From assembly GCF_036365525.1 (NCBI RefSeq), contig NC_090411.1:21467259-21531258 (forward strand): a stretch of 64,000 nucleotides of DNA. Direction: 5' to 3'. Within the stretch, counting starts at the first letter, position 1; each line of letters starts with the position of its first letter. A model generated the notes under the pieces. The model was not told the DNA's origin, did no database searches, and saw nothing but the letters and a program-made list of their open reading frames with translations. Both the position numbers and the translations under genes were made by a program. The DNA comes from Heterodontus francisci (Eukaryota). Below, piece by piece: positions 38,701 through 51,852 of the stretch.

Positions 38701-39027
38701 TAAAGGGTTTGACATTGATGCTGGATGTTTGCAGGCAACCAGTGCTTTACCCAAGTGACCATTCTTAGCCGCGTGAACCTAGGTAGTAAATGCTAGTAGG
38801 TTATTCACCCATGCGAGTGAGAAGCATCACAGCTGAGCCTCATCCTGTCCTTGTGTCCTTGCAGTGGAGAGTCTGCATGGATCCTGAACAGGGGCCTAAA
38901 TAACAGGATGGACTCTAGTTCATTTCTTCCTGTGTCATAATGTTCTTTGCATTAAGAAGCTGCTGAAAAGCTTAAGAGCAAGGTCATGATCTCCAAGCCT
39001 TTGCTAAATCCCTTGTTTTTGTTTCAG

Positions 39028-39163
39028 ATGATCTTTCTGTCAAAAGGGAAGGACCCTATGCAGTCATTCATGATGCCCTTCTACCTTGTGAAAGGGTGTT
39101 CTATCGAGCAGCCTGTTTTCTCTGCTAATTATATCAAAGGAACTATTCGGTCAGAGCCTGGAG
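39028..39163 (+). CDS. WBP2NL: WBP2NL-like exon 3 ([45 protein letters not shown])
   Basis: tttcag acceptor and gtatg donor; family signature QPVF.ANYIKG. Confidence 0.95.
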
Positions 39164-40706
39164 GTATGCAAGATAATTCTGAGAAGTAAAGTTTAGGATG
39201 GGGAAGGGATTTTTTTTTTTAAGTGAGGAAGGAGGAATTGCAGGACATTAAAGTTGAAGACAAAGTAACCCAAAGTGTGTATTAATAAAAGCAAAGTTTT
39301 AACTGCGTTTCTGTCACTGACCATGTGTCAGATTAACTGACTTGAAGAATAAACTCCTTTTCCCCAATTTCAGAAGTAAAGTTGTTATCTGAAACTTGGG
39401 GATGGAGGTTGGGGAAAGACTTACATTTTCTGTAAATATACAATAGTCACCAGTAAATCTGTTAGAATTCAAGATAAAATTATTTTCAGAGTGGTTAGAA
39501 TGCAGAACTTGCTACAGCTTGGAGTAGTTGAGGCAAATAGCACAGATAAGCACATGAGGGAGAAAGGAAGAGAAGGATATGCAGATAGCATTGGATGAAG
39601 TAGGGCAGGAGAAAGCTCGCATCGAGCATAAACACCAGCACAGACAAGTTGGGCTGAATAGCCTGTTTCTGTACTGTAAATGTTATCTAATCCTGTAGTT
39701 ATCCTTGCGTTATGCACCTTTATCAGGTATCAGAGTGCGTGACAGGTGAAGTGTGCAATGCCATGTTTGGTCTGAGCGTGAGAAGCCTCGTGAGTAACCT
39801 CCTGGTATTCATTTTCAGTGGAGAAGCAAGTGAGCCTAATTTGGCACTCAGAGGGACAGTGTGGGTGGATGAAGATGGGCAATGTTACAGGAGTAGGAAT
39901 AAGTGGTCTTGTTGATGGATAGGATAGGCTTTAAAGCTCAGTTCAGGATCAGACAAGACACCGAGGTTGCATGCAGTCTGATTCAGCTGGTGGATTCAGC
40001 AGCAAGACACTTTTTTTGGTGGGCCCAAGATGCTGGCTTTGGAAAATCGTGGACTGAGAAAAATGACATTTTCTCCTTTACAAACTCTTTGTGATTCAGT
40101 GGGTATGGTGGTAAGGCATACAAAACAACAACTTGCATTTATATAATATAGTAAAGGGTCCTAAGATGCTTCACAGGAGTGACACTGGTCACCTGTCTTA
40201 ATATCTCGTGGCTGAAAGTGGTACGTTTTGAGAGAGGTTTAGGGAGTGAATTTCAGAGCTTGGGACCTAGGCAGCTGAAGACCCAGCCACCATTGGTGGA
40301 ATGAGCAAGAGGAGCACAAAGATATGAGGGTTATAGGGCTGGCGGAGGTGGGAGAGATGGAGAGGGACAAGGCTATGGAAGGATTTGAAAATGAAGATGA
40401 GAATTTTTAAATGGAGTTGCTAGACCTGGAGCCAATGTCGATCAGTCAACACATGGGTAGTGGGTGAACAGGACTTAGTGCAAGTTAGGATATGGATGGC
40501 AGAGTTTTGTACAAGCTCAAGTAGAAGGTCCCAGGTTCGTGTACTGAGTTAGCTGATTTCCAGTAAGCACACTGCCCCTTTTTGTTCTATCTATCTAATG
40601 AAGACCGCAAAAACCTTTTTTTTTTTAAAGAAGTAGTGTTATATATTGACCTAATGATCAAGCAAAATCTTTGTCTTAGTCATAATTTAATCTGTTTGAT
40701 TTCCAG

Positions 40707-40799
40707 GTGGTTGGGAAGGACAGGCCTCATTCAAATTGGTTTTTAACAGTGGTGGAGCCATTGAGTTCGGGCAGCTGATGTTCAAAGTGGCTCAACAAG
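40707..40799 (+). CDS. WBP2NL: WBP2NL-like exon 4 ([31 protein letters not shown])
   Basis: ttccag acceptor and gtaag donor; GGAIEFGQ signature. Confidence 0.95.
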
Positions 40800-41304
40800 G
40801 TAAGTTAGAGATGGTGACACTGAATCCTGTCCATTTTTTTAAATGTAATTTGTAATCATGAGGGGTGGGGTTAACTTGGATAGATGTATCTTCCAGACAT
40901 TGACATCCAAACACAGGCCCAGGTCGACAAGGTGGTGAGGGTACCAACAAGAGGGAAAAATATACTTGATCTTGTCCTCACCAGTCTGCTGGCCGCAGAT
41001 GCATCTGTCCATGACCGTATTGGTAGGAGTGACCACCACACAGTCCTTGTGGAGACAAAGTCCCGTCTTCACATTGAGGATACCTGCCATGGTGTTGTGT
41101 GGCACTACCACTCTGCTAAATGAGACAGATTTAGAAGAGATCTAGCAATGCAAACTGGGCATCCATGAGGCGCTGTGGGACATCAGTAGCAGAATTGTGA
41201 CATTACTACTACACCACTGCCTCCCTTAGATGGGATGTAATAAAGGTTCATTACATTGATCGATTTCTGGGATAAAGAGGCAAGACCTCTGAAGAGATTG
41301 ATTA

Positions 41305-43997
41305 GATTAGAACATAGAACAGTACAGCACAGTACAGGCCCTTCGGCCCACAATGTGCCGAACCTTTAACCTACTCTAAGATCAAACTACCTACCTACCC
41401 TTCATTCTACTATCGTCCATGTACCTATCCAAGAGTCGCTTAAATGTCCCTAATGTATCTGCTTCTACTACCACCGCTGGCAGCGCATTCCACGCACCCA
41501 CCACTCTCTGTGTAAAGAACCTACCTCTGACATCTCCCCGAAACCTTCCTCCAATCACCTTAAAATTATGCCCCCTGGTGATAGCCCTTTCTGCCCTGGG
41601 AAAAAGTCTCTGCCTCTCATCATCTTGTACCCCTCTATCAAGTCACCTCTCATCCTTCTTCGCTCCAATGAGAAAAGCCCTAGCTCCCTCAATCTTTCTT
41701 CGTAAGACATGCCCTCCAGTCCAGGCAGCATCCTGGTAAATCTCCTCTGCACCCTCTCTAAAGCTTCCACATCCTTCCTATAATGAGGCGACCAGAACTG
41801 AACACAATATTCCAAGTGTGGTCAAACCAGGGCCTTATAGAGCTGCAGCATAACCTCGCGGCTCTTAAACTCAATCCCCCTGTTAATCAAAGCCAACACA
41901 CCATACGCCTTCTTAACAACCCTATCAACTTGGGTGGCAACTTTGAGCGATCTATGGACATGGACCCCAAGATCCCTCTGTTCCTCCACACTGCCAAGAA
42001 TCCTGTCTTTAAGCCTGTATTCTGCATTCAAATTCGACCTTCCAAAATGAATCACTTCACACTTTTCCAGGTTGAACTCCATCTGCCCCTTCTCAGCCCA
42101 GCTCTGCATCCTGTCAATGTCCCGTTGCAACCTACAACAGCCTTCCACACTATCCACAACTCCAGCAACCTTCGTGTCATCAGCAAACTTGCTAACCCAG
42201 CCTTCCACTTCCTCATCCAAGTCATTTATAAAAATCACAAAGAGCAGAGGTCCCAGAACAGATCCCTGCGGAACACCACTGGTCACTGAGCTCCATGCTG
42301 AATACTTTTCATTGACTACCACCCTCTGTCTTCTGTGGGCCAGCCAATTTTGTATCCAGACAGCCAACTTTCCCTGTATTCCATGCCTTCTCACTTTCTG
42401 AATGAGCCTACCACGGGGAACCTTATCAAACGCCTTGCTAAAATCCATATACACCACATCCACTGCTCTTCCTTCATCAATGTGTTTTGTCACATCTTCA
42501 AAGAATTCAATAAGGCTTGTGAGGCATGACCTGCCCCTCACAAAGCCATGCTGACTGTCTTTAATCAAACCATGCTTTTCCAAATAATCAAAAATCCTGT
42601 CTCTCAGAATCCTCTCCAATAATTTGCCCACTACCGACTTAAGACTGACTCTCTATAATTCCCAGGGTTATCCCTATTCCCTTTCTTGAACAAGGGAACA
42701 ACATTTGCCACCCTCCAATCATCCGGTACTACTCCAGTGGACAGTGAGGACGCAAAGATCATCGCCAAAGGCGCAGCAATCTCTTCCCTCGCTTCCCGTA
42801 ATATCCTTGGGTATATCCCGTCAGGCCCTTGGGACTTATCTGTCCTCATATCATTCAAAATTTCCAGCACATCCTCCCCCTTAACCTCAACCTGTTTGAG
42901 CATATCAGCCTGTTCCACGCTGTCCTCACAAACGACCAAGTCCCCCTCTCTACTGAATACTGAAGCAAAGTATTCATTTAGGACCTCCCCTACCTCCTCT
43001 GACTCCAGGCACAAGTTCCCTCCACTATCCCTGATCGGCCCTACCCTCACTCTGGCCATCCTCTTGTTCTTCACATAAGTGTAGAATGCCTTGGGATTTT
43101 CCTTAATCCTACCCGCCAAGACTTTTTCATGTCCCCTTCTAACTCCAAGTCCATTTTTCAGTTCCTTCCTGGCTACCTTGTAACCCTCTAGAGCCCTGTC
43201 TGATCCTTGCTTCCTCAACCTTAAGTAAGCTTCCTTCTTCCTCTTGACTAGCTGTTCCACATCTCTTGTCATCCAAGGTTCCTTCACCCTACCATCCCTT
43301 CCTTGCCTCATCGGGACAAACCTATCCAGCAGTCGCAACAAGTGCTCCCTAAACAACCTCCACATTTCTGTCGTGCATTTCCTTGAGAACATCTGTTCCC
43401 AATTTATGCTCCCCAGTTCCTGCCTAATAGCATTGTAATTCCCCCTCCCCCAATTAAATATTTTCCCATCCCGTCTGCTCCTATCCCTCTCCACGACTAT
43501 AGTAAAGGTCAGGGAGTTGTGTTCACTATCACCGAAATGCGCTCCCACCGAGAGATCTGCCACCTGGCCTGGTTTGTTGCCAAGCACCAAGTCCAACATA
43601 GTCTCCCCTCTAGTCGGTCTATCTACATATTGAGTCAGAAAAGCTTCCTGGACACACCTGACAAAAACTGCTCCATCCAAACTATTTGCACTAAGGAGGT
43701 TCCAATCAATATTGGGGAAGTTGAAGTCACCCTTGACAACAACCCTGTTACTTCTGCACCTTTCCAAAATCTGCCTCCCAATCTGTTCCTCCGTGTCTCT
43801 GTTGCTATTGGGGGGTCTATAGAAAACTTCCAACAAAGTGACTGCTCCTTTCCTTTTTCTGACTTCCACCCATAATGACTCAGTAGACAAATCCTCCTCG
43901 ACGACCTCCCTTTCTGCAGCTGTGATACTATCCCTGATTAGCAATGCCACTCCCCCACCTCTTTTACCTCCCTCCCTATTCCTTTCGAAACATCTAA
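41305..43997 (-). mobile_element. CR1 LINE, 2.7 kb, endonuclease C-terminal half and RT, frameshifted
   Basis: ORFs 42631-43950 (FYRPP, GDFNFP, LDLVL, GDSEHN) and 41822-42631 (QHGF, YMDFSKAFD, PQGSVLGP, FADD). It is inserted into an older plus-strand CR1. Confidence 0.95.
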
Positions 43998-44977
43998 GCC
44001 TATATTGTCTGGAATTTAGTTAAATGTGAGGTGATCTCGCTGAAATGTATAAAATTCTAAGAGGGCTTGTCAGGCTAGGTGCTGAGAGACTGTCTTGCCT
44101 GGCTGGAGACCCTAAATCTAGGGATCATTGTTTCGGGATAAGGGGTCGGCCATTTAGGACTGACTTGGGGTTGCGACTCTTTGGAATTCTCAACCCCAGA
44201 GGCTCAGTCGTTAAGTATATTCAAGGCTGAAATTGTAGATTTTTGAACTTGCGGGGAATCATGTGATGTAGGGATAGGGTGGGAAAGTGGAGTTGAAGTA
44301 GAAGATCAGCCATGATCTTATTGAATGGTGGAGCAGGCCTGAGAGGCTGTATGGCCTACTCCTCCTATTTCTTGTGTTTTTGGATCCTTTCTGTATGATA
44401 TTTGTAACTATAGTGGTGTTGCTTTAACTGAACCTGTGAAATTTTCGTACTGCGTCCATCTGAACTGCAGAGTGCTCAGCAATGCAATGATAAATTTTGC
44501 ACAGTTGGAGTATGTCATTTTAAGCTGTATGATGGTAGAGTGAAGTACATGTGGTGGACCCAGTTTGAGGTAATGAATTAATAAACATCTGTCTCAAGAA
44601 ACGTACCACATAATGTTAGAGGGAGATGGCTGGTGTAATGTTTATATAATGTATTGGTACAGATATACGAATGACAACATTGCATTCATGGGCCACTTTT
44701 CACCAGTGCAACTTTTTCTTTAAATAGTGTTCCATCAATATGAAAGAACTATGAATAGGGCTTTGTGGTGCTTTTTTTTTTGAAAACCAAAAGGCCTGGA
44801 CGAGCTATTTTCCTGTATGTTTAAACAGCAGTGTTGGAATGCACTGCTAACATGTTGGGATAAGTCATACACTCACTGTCCAGGACATAACAGCTACTTT
44901 GAGGCATAATTGATTCTATGTTACAATAACATACGGGTTGTCTTTGCAAAATCTAATTCGGTCTCTTCTCTTGTTAG

Positions 44978-45175
44978 CTTCCAGAGGTACTCCTGTACAG
45001 AACACTGCTTACGGATACGAACCAATGGCTGATATGGCTTTTGGATTTGCCCCAGCAAATGGCCCATACCCAGCAAATGGCCCATACGCATATCCTCCGC
45101 CTCCCATGAATGGAGGTTATGGGCCTCCACCTGCACCGATGGGATACCATTATGGACCACCTGCACCACAGCCAG
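44978..45175 (+). CDS. WBP2NL: WBP2NL-like exon 5 (ASRGTPVQN..PANGPYPANGPYAYPPPPMNGGYGPPPAPMGYHYGPPAPQP)
   Basis: ttgttag acceptor and gtaaa donor; phase 1/1; Pro/Tyr-rich. Confidence 0.92.
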
Positions 45176-45410
45176 GTAAAGAAAAAGAACTTCCTAAATT
45201 TTTAGTAAACTAAAAGTGGCAAATGCACTAAAGGGCAATCAACCTCTTCAGTAGTTGTAGCAGGAGTACCAGCATCAAGCATATTCTTTCCTATTTACAA
45301 AACGTGATTACAGGAATGTAGGAATTGCTTTATGATAAAAGACCAAGGTCCATCTATTCTGGTAGTCGCATGTTAAAACAATAATGGAGTTATTGACTAA
45401 CATAGGAATT

Positions 45411-47767
45411 CTTTCTTTTGGGCCTCCTTATCTCGAGAGACAATGGATACGCGCCTGGAGGTGGTCAGTGGTTTGTGAAGCAGCGCCTGGAGTGGCTATA
45501 AAGGCCAATTCTGGAGTGACAGGCTCTTCCACAGGTGCTGCAGAGAAATTTGTTTGTTGGGGCGGTTGCACAGTTGGCTCTCCCCTTGCGCCTCTGTCTT
45601 TTTTCCTGCCAACTACTAAGTCTCTTCGACTCGCCACAATTTAGCCCTGTCTTTATGGCTGCCCGCCAGCTCTGGCGAATGCTGGAAACTGACTCCCACG
45701 ACTTGTGATCAATGTCACACGATTTCATGTCGCGTTTGCAGACGTCTTTATAACGGAGACATGGACGGCCGGTGGGTCTGATACCAGTGGCGAGCTCGCT
45801 GTACAATGTGTCTTTGGGGATCCTGCCATCTTCCATGCGGCTCACATGGCCAAGCCATCTCAAGCGCCGCTGACTCAGTAGTGTGTATAAGCTGGGGGTG
45901 TTGGCCGCTTCAAGGACTTCTGTGTTGGAGATATAGTCCTGCCACCTGATGCCAAGTATTCTCCGAAGGCAGCGAAGATGGAATGAATTGAGACGTCGCT
46001 CTTGGCTGGCATACGTTGTCCAGGCCTCGCTGCCGTAGAGCAAGGTACTGAGGACACAGGCCTGATACACTCGGACTTTTGTGTTCCGTGTCAGTGCGCC
46101 ATTTTCCCACACTCTCTTGGCCAGTCTGGACATAGCAGTGGAAGCCTTACCCATGCGCTTGTTGATTTCTGCATCTAGAGACAGGTTACTGGTGATAGTT
46201 GAGCCTAGGTAGGTGAACTCTTGAACCACTTCCAGAGCGTGGTCGCCAATATTGATGGATGGAGCATTTCTGACATCCTGCCCCATGATGTTCGTTTTCT
46301 TGAGGCTGATGGTTAGGCCAAATTCATTGCAGGCAGACGCAAACCTGTCGATGAGACTCTGCAGGCATTCTTCAGTGTGAGATGTTAAAGCAGCATCGTC
46401 AGCAAAGAGGAGTTCTCTGATGAGGACTTTCCGTACTTTGGACTTCGCTCTTAGACGGGCAAGGTTGAACAACCTGCCCCCTGATCTTGTGTGGAGGAAA
46501 GTTCCTTCTTCAGAGGATTTGAACGCATGTGAAAGCAGCAGGGAGAAGAAAATCCCAAAAAGTGTGGGTGCGAGAACACAGCCCTGTTTCACACCACTCA
46601 GGATAGGAAAGGGCTCTGATGAGGAGCCGCCATGTTGAATTGTGCCTTTCATATTGTCATGGAATGAGGTGATGATACTTAGTAGCTTTGGTGGACATCC
46701 GATCTTTTCTAGTAGTCTGAAGAGACCACGTCTGCTGACGAGGTCAAAGGCTTTGGTGAGATCAATGAAAGCAATGTAGAGGGGCATCTGTTGTTCACGG
46801 CATTTCTCCTGTATCTGACGAAGGGAGAACAGCATGTCAATAGTCGATCTCTCTGCACGAAAGCCACACTGTGCCTCAGGGTAGACGCGCTCGGCCAGCT
46901 TCTGGAGCCTGTTCAGAGCGACTCGAGCAAAGACTTTCCCCACTATGCTGAGCAGGGAGATTCCACGGTAGTTGTTGCAGTCACCGCGGTCACCTTTGTT
47001 TTTATAGAGGGTGATGATGTTGGCATCGCGCATGTCCTGGGGTACTGCTCCCTCGTCCCAGCACAGGCATAGCAGTTCATGTAGTGCTGAGAGTATAGCA
47101 GGCTTGGCACTCTTGATTATTTCAGGGGTAATGCTGTCCTTCCCAGGGGCTTTTCCGCTGGCTAGGGAATCAATGGCATCACTGAGTTCCGATTTGGTTG
47201 GCTGTATGTCCAGCTCATCCATGACTGGTAGAGGCTGGGCTGCATTGAGGGCAGTCTCAGTGACAGCATTCTCCCTGGAGTACAGTTCTAGGTAGTGCTC
47301 AACCCAGCGGTCCATCTGTTTGCGTTGGTCAGTGATTATGTCCCCCGATTTAGATTTGAGGGGGGTGATCTTCTTGATGGTTGGCCCAAGAGCTCTCTTC
47401 ATGCCATCATACATTCCTCTGATGTTTCCGGTGTCTGAGGCCAGCTGAATATGACTGCATAGGTGTTGCCAGTAGTCGTTTGCGCAACGCCTAGCTGTTC
47501 TTTGTGCAGTACTTCTGGCTGCTTTAAGTGCTGCGGATGTTAAATCGCTGGGGGCTTTCTTGTAGTTCAAAAGTGCAATGCGCTTAGCGGCTATGACAGG
47601 TTCCAGCTCTTCATTATGAGATTGAAACCAGTCTGCATTTCTCTTCGCACTTTTGCCGTAGGTGGTCAAAGCTGACTCATAGATGGCGTCTCTGATGTGG
47701 GCCCACTTGGTCTCAGCATCCCCTGTGGGAGTGTTTTGAAGGGCTGTTACAAGTGAATTTAGAAATT
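45411..47767 (-). mobile_element. RTE-clade non-LTR retrotransposon, 5'-truncated, uninterrupted RT ORF
   Basis: 734-aa ORF with KAPGKDSI, NYRGISLL, QCGFR, FIDLTKAFD, GVKQGCVLAP, LLFADD, LLYGSEAW, LRWLGHV and a C-terminal CxxC..H..H/C finger; short (AAAG) tail. Confidence 0.95.
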
Positions 47768-49661
47768 AGTCTCTCTCAATTAGTCTACAACAGACCAAGA
47801 CATTGGGTAAGGAAAGCTACTTGTGATCGAGAGCTTTGGGAACCACAAGTTCAAGGTCATCTGTTTATCCCACAAATGCTACATTTATAACCAGTCATGT
47901 CTTAAATTACTTGTACTGTATCCTGAAATATTTTCTGGAAGAAATTTTAGCTACTTTGCACTTGATGAATTAACATTATCTGCTACTGTCTTCCTAGTGA
48001 GCCTGTTCCATAGATTTACCAATTGCTCAGATAATGGCCCCAGTATTTATAGGGAAGGAGCAAAGCACATGTTTGTTGAGGAGGAAGCCTGGAAATGCTG
48101 TGAACGCAGAAGTCCTATAGAATTTAATGAAAGGACTTTTTTTTTTTAAACTGTTAGCCAGTTAGATTCAGCGGTTAAAAAGTTGCAACAAGGGATCGTT
48201 TAGCTTGGCCGCTGGTAACTGGGAAATATGTGGTGGGGGTGGGTGGGGTGTGTTTGAGGGTAGAGTTATGCTGGAAAGCTGGGGAAGGGTAGTGGGGACT
48301 GGGAGAGGTGGGTGGGTCAGCTGATTGCATTAGATGATTTGCTTGAGTGACTATGGAATAAGCACGTCTGCTCCTTCTGGCCCACTTGGATCTGGCTGCA
48401 TCCAACTCTTTTTAGCAGTCTGTTTCCTCAAGTGCTGGTTTAATTCAAATGGCTGCCAAAATTTTGAGTAACAGAGCTTCATTAACATACTATAATCACA
48501 ACCCGGCTCTCTCGAGCTGGTTACTTGGATGGACTCCGAACCAGCTATGGCTACACTGGAAATGGGCGCATTTGCAGCAGGTTATGGTCGGGCATATTTA
48601 CTGATTTAATGCTCAACCCTCCCTCCGCCCACCTTTTGGGGCAGTGTTAAAATGTTACCCAGTGTTTCCGTAGATCCGTTTTGAATTTAATCCCCTTCAA
48701 ACATTTTTTCTTCAAAATAAAAGTGCAATGTTACAGTTCCACAAGTAGGTTTGTTGGTGGGCTTGACTTCTGAAATGTCCCATTTCTTATTATCTACTCA
48801 TTTTTAGAAGCCTGCTTCATAAGGTGCCATTTCCTAGCTTAAGACAACTAGCTGAACACGTCCTCCCAGCCTTGTATCAGCGTTCCATGGCATTCCTGCC
48901 CCAACCCCAACCACTATTTCTGTAAACTCCAGCCTCCATACCTGCACTCCTCCAATTCTGGCCTCTGCTGCCTCCCCGATTTTCAACACACCACTGTTGG
49001 CAGCCATGTCGTCAGTTGCCTCGGCCCTAATCTCTGGATTTTCCTCGTCTCTCTCCGTATCAGATTTTGTTTGCTAACACTTCTCTAGTACCTGGGATAA
49101 TTTTAGAATATTAAAGCCTCCATATAAATGGAAGTTGTTCTGCCCAGTGCTTCCTTAGAGCAGAACAGTGACATCAGAAAACAAACTGGGCTCTGGAGAA
49201 TTGATGCCTACCAGCCATCTTCTAGCACTCCATGTTGCACTGTCTTGAGTTCCTGCCCTCAGGAAAATTTACTATTTTGTTTTCAGTTTGTAAAGATTGC
49301 TTTGTTACTTTATAAGAAGTGTTATTAGTAGAATCCATTATAAAAGTAATCAACCTTTTTGCATTTTTTTAAACTAAAAACTGAGTTCTAATAACCTTGT
49401 GGAGAGGAACTGGTTTGGAACTCCTAAACCCATTCAAGTGAGAATAGATGAACTTTAGTAAAGACACAAGTCATTGACTTGAGTTGGTTCAGTTGCATGA
49501 TGTCAGTCTTACTACATTGTCTCCCTGAATAATTCTTCCCAGAATCTATTGGAACAAAGTTATTTTACCCATTTTGTTTTTGTAATGACTGCTGCCATTG
49601 AGATCCCTCAAGTCGAATACATAATAGAATTGTTTGTAAAATATCTAATGTATAATTTCAG

Positions 49662-49760
49662 GAGTCTATCCATCCGCCCCTGCAATGGACATGTATATGC
49701 CACCCCCGCCTCCCTATCCTGGGCCGCCTCCAGTCAGTGTGGTAGAACCTGGACTGCCTG
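49662..49760 (+). CDS. WBP2NL: WBP2NL-like exon 6 (GVYPSAPAMDMYMPPPPPYPGPPPVSVVEPGLP)
   Basis: tttcag acceptor and gtaag donor; PPPY motif. Confidence 0.92.
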
Positions 49761-50835
49761 GTAAGTACACTGCATGCCTTTAACATTTTCAGAATAATAT
49801 CCAAAGTTCATTCAGTTGGTAGTGAGCATTACTGTCATGTCAGTGTGTTACCAAAGCCCAGGGAGAGCCTAAATTTTCTTTGGGAATCATCTGGGCAAGT
49901 CCAAAACTAGGGGCCATAAATATAAGATAGTCACCAGTAAATCCAACAGGAAATTCAGAAACCTATTCCCCAGAGAGTGGTTAGAATGTGGAACTCATTA
50001 CCACAGGGAGTAGTTAAGGCAAATAGCACAAATTAATTTACAGGGAAGCTAAATATACATGAGGGACAAAGGAGTAGAAGGTTAATTTGATTAGGTTAGA
50101 TGAAGAGGGATCGGAAGAGGCTTGTGTGGATCATTAAACGCCAGCATGGGCCCATTTTCTAATTATTCTTGGGATGTGGATGACGCTAGCAAGGCCAACA
50201 TTTATTGCCCATCTCTGTTGCCCTTGAGAAGGTAGTGGTGAGCCACTAGAGTGTTTTTGTGATTATAGGTACACCCACAGTGCTGTTGGGGAGGGAGTTC
50301 CAGGATTTTGACCCAGCACCAATGAAGGAATTGTGATATATTTCCAAGTCAGGCTGGTGTGTAACTCGTGAAGCTTGTAGGTGGTGGTGCCATGTGCCTA
50401 CAGCCCTTGTTCTAGGTGATAGAAGTCACTGTTTGAAAGGAGCTGTTGAAGCCTGTATTGTAATTTCTATGTAATTCCGCTGTTAAATTGCAAGGTAGCT
50501 TTATAGAAAAGCTTTGTATCTACTACCATTGATGAGGTGGCAGTAAGCAACTTGTAATGTATTGAGTCTTATGATTCTTCCTTCAGCACTGTTACTACCC
50601 CAGTCTGACTTCTAGTGAAAATGATTGTAGCTGCTACCTAGCATATGCAGTGGCCAGAACCACTTCAGGTAGCAGCAGACTCTGATTATAGCACTGGGGG
50701 AGAAGTCAAGAATAGTACATGGGAGGGAAGAGGTGAGAATTTAGGAACATTTCTTTTGGTAGGGTAGGAAGGAGAGGCTTAAATAGGGGGAAGGAATGAA
50801 GAAAAGTGCCAGTTTAAGTTTTATTTCTCTTTCAG

Positions 50836-50912
50836 GTGGAGCTAAAGCAGTAGAAGCAGCTTCTAGTGCTTATTACAACCCATCCAATCCTCACAGTGTC
50901 TACATGCCAATG
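50836..50912 (+). CDS. WBP2NL: WBP2NL-like exon 7 (GGAKAVEAASSAYYNPSNPHSVYMPM)
   Basis: tttcag acceptor and gtaag donor; AKA.EAA.SAYYNP motif. Confidence 0.95.
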
Positions 50913-51804
50913 GTAAGAGTTCATTGCTACTATCTTAAAGGTTGAGCCTTTGCTATAACTTTTTCTTTCATTCTTTTGAAGCTCCTTTCTCCAGGTTGGG
51001 CTATAGAAGAATCTTCCTTGGGTCATAAGCAATGTACAACTACATTTATCCCCGTACTGTATCTGCAGTTCAGTTGTGTAAAAGTTGCCCTTATTTAAAT
51101 TGGTGCTGAATGACAGCTTGACCAGGTTCAATGTGTGGAAGTTGAACACTTGCCCATATTTTGTATTTAGTGATACCCTCAGCACTCCCAGGTTGGGTAT
51201 AAAGCACGGCTGAGGAACTCGATGGTATTACATGTGTCTCAGGTGCTAAATGGATGCCTAAACTTCCAATGTGAGAGGGCAGAAATCCTTTTGCATATGC
51301 AAATAAGGGACTTGATGTTTGTTTGAAGGCCCTCTCAGCAATATTTGTTTGCCCTATGACAGCCAGCATCAGCTGCATTCAGGATCACAAGATCTACATG
51401 TGGGCTAATGGCCACAAAGGATCAATGTAGACCACCTTCAAAAAGGCACACTTGTTAAAGATGCTTGTGTCTATCTGCAGCCCATGATGAGCGTCTTCCC
51501 TCCAGACAAGTCTTTGTCCATTGTACATATCCTCTTGTTTCATGTTCAATGTTTGGAATGGCATTTCCTCTTTGTGTGAGGACATTTGCCTTTTAACAGG
51601 GACATCTTTAACATCTCCTCCTCCTGCCTCCGTGCACCACCCCTTGATCTAAAGAATTTATCACATTGGGAATTGCTGGTGTGATCGCGTTATCACTGTA
51701 TAACGTGTTATATAACCAGAGAGTATGCCGTCCATCCAGGCACATTGTTGTATATCTGCTTCAATATTCAAATTGACCAATAAAACAAGTATTTTCTTTT
51801 GTAG

Positions 51805-51852
51805 GATCAGCCCCCACCGTACACACCAGCAGAACAGAAGAAGAACAACTGA
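51805..51852 (+). CDS. WBP2NL: WBP2NL-like exon 8 coding part (DQPPPYTPAEQKKNN*)
   Basis: ttttgtag acceptor, terminal PPPY, TGA 51850-51852; the exons total 822 nt in one frame. Confidence 0.93.
   Translation, partial: DQPPPYTPAEQKKNN

Noticed and set aside
44938-45213. 91-aa stand-alone proline-rich ORF
   Set aside because: It is exon 5 plus intronic read-through.
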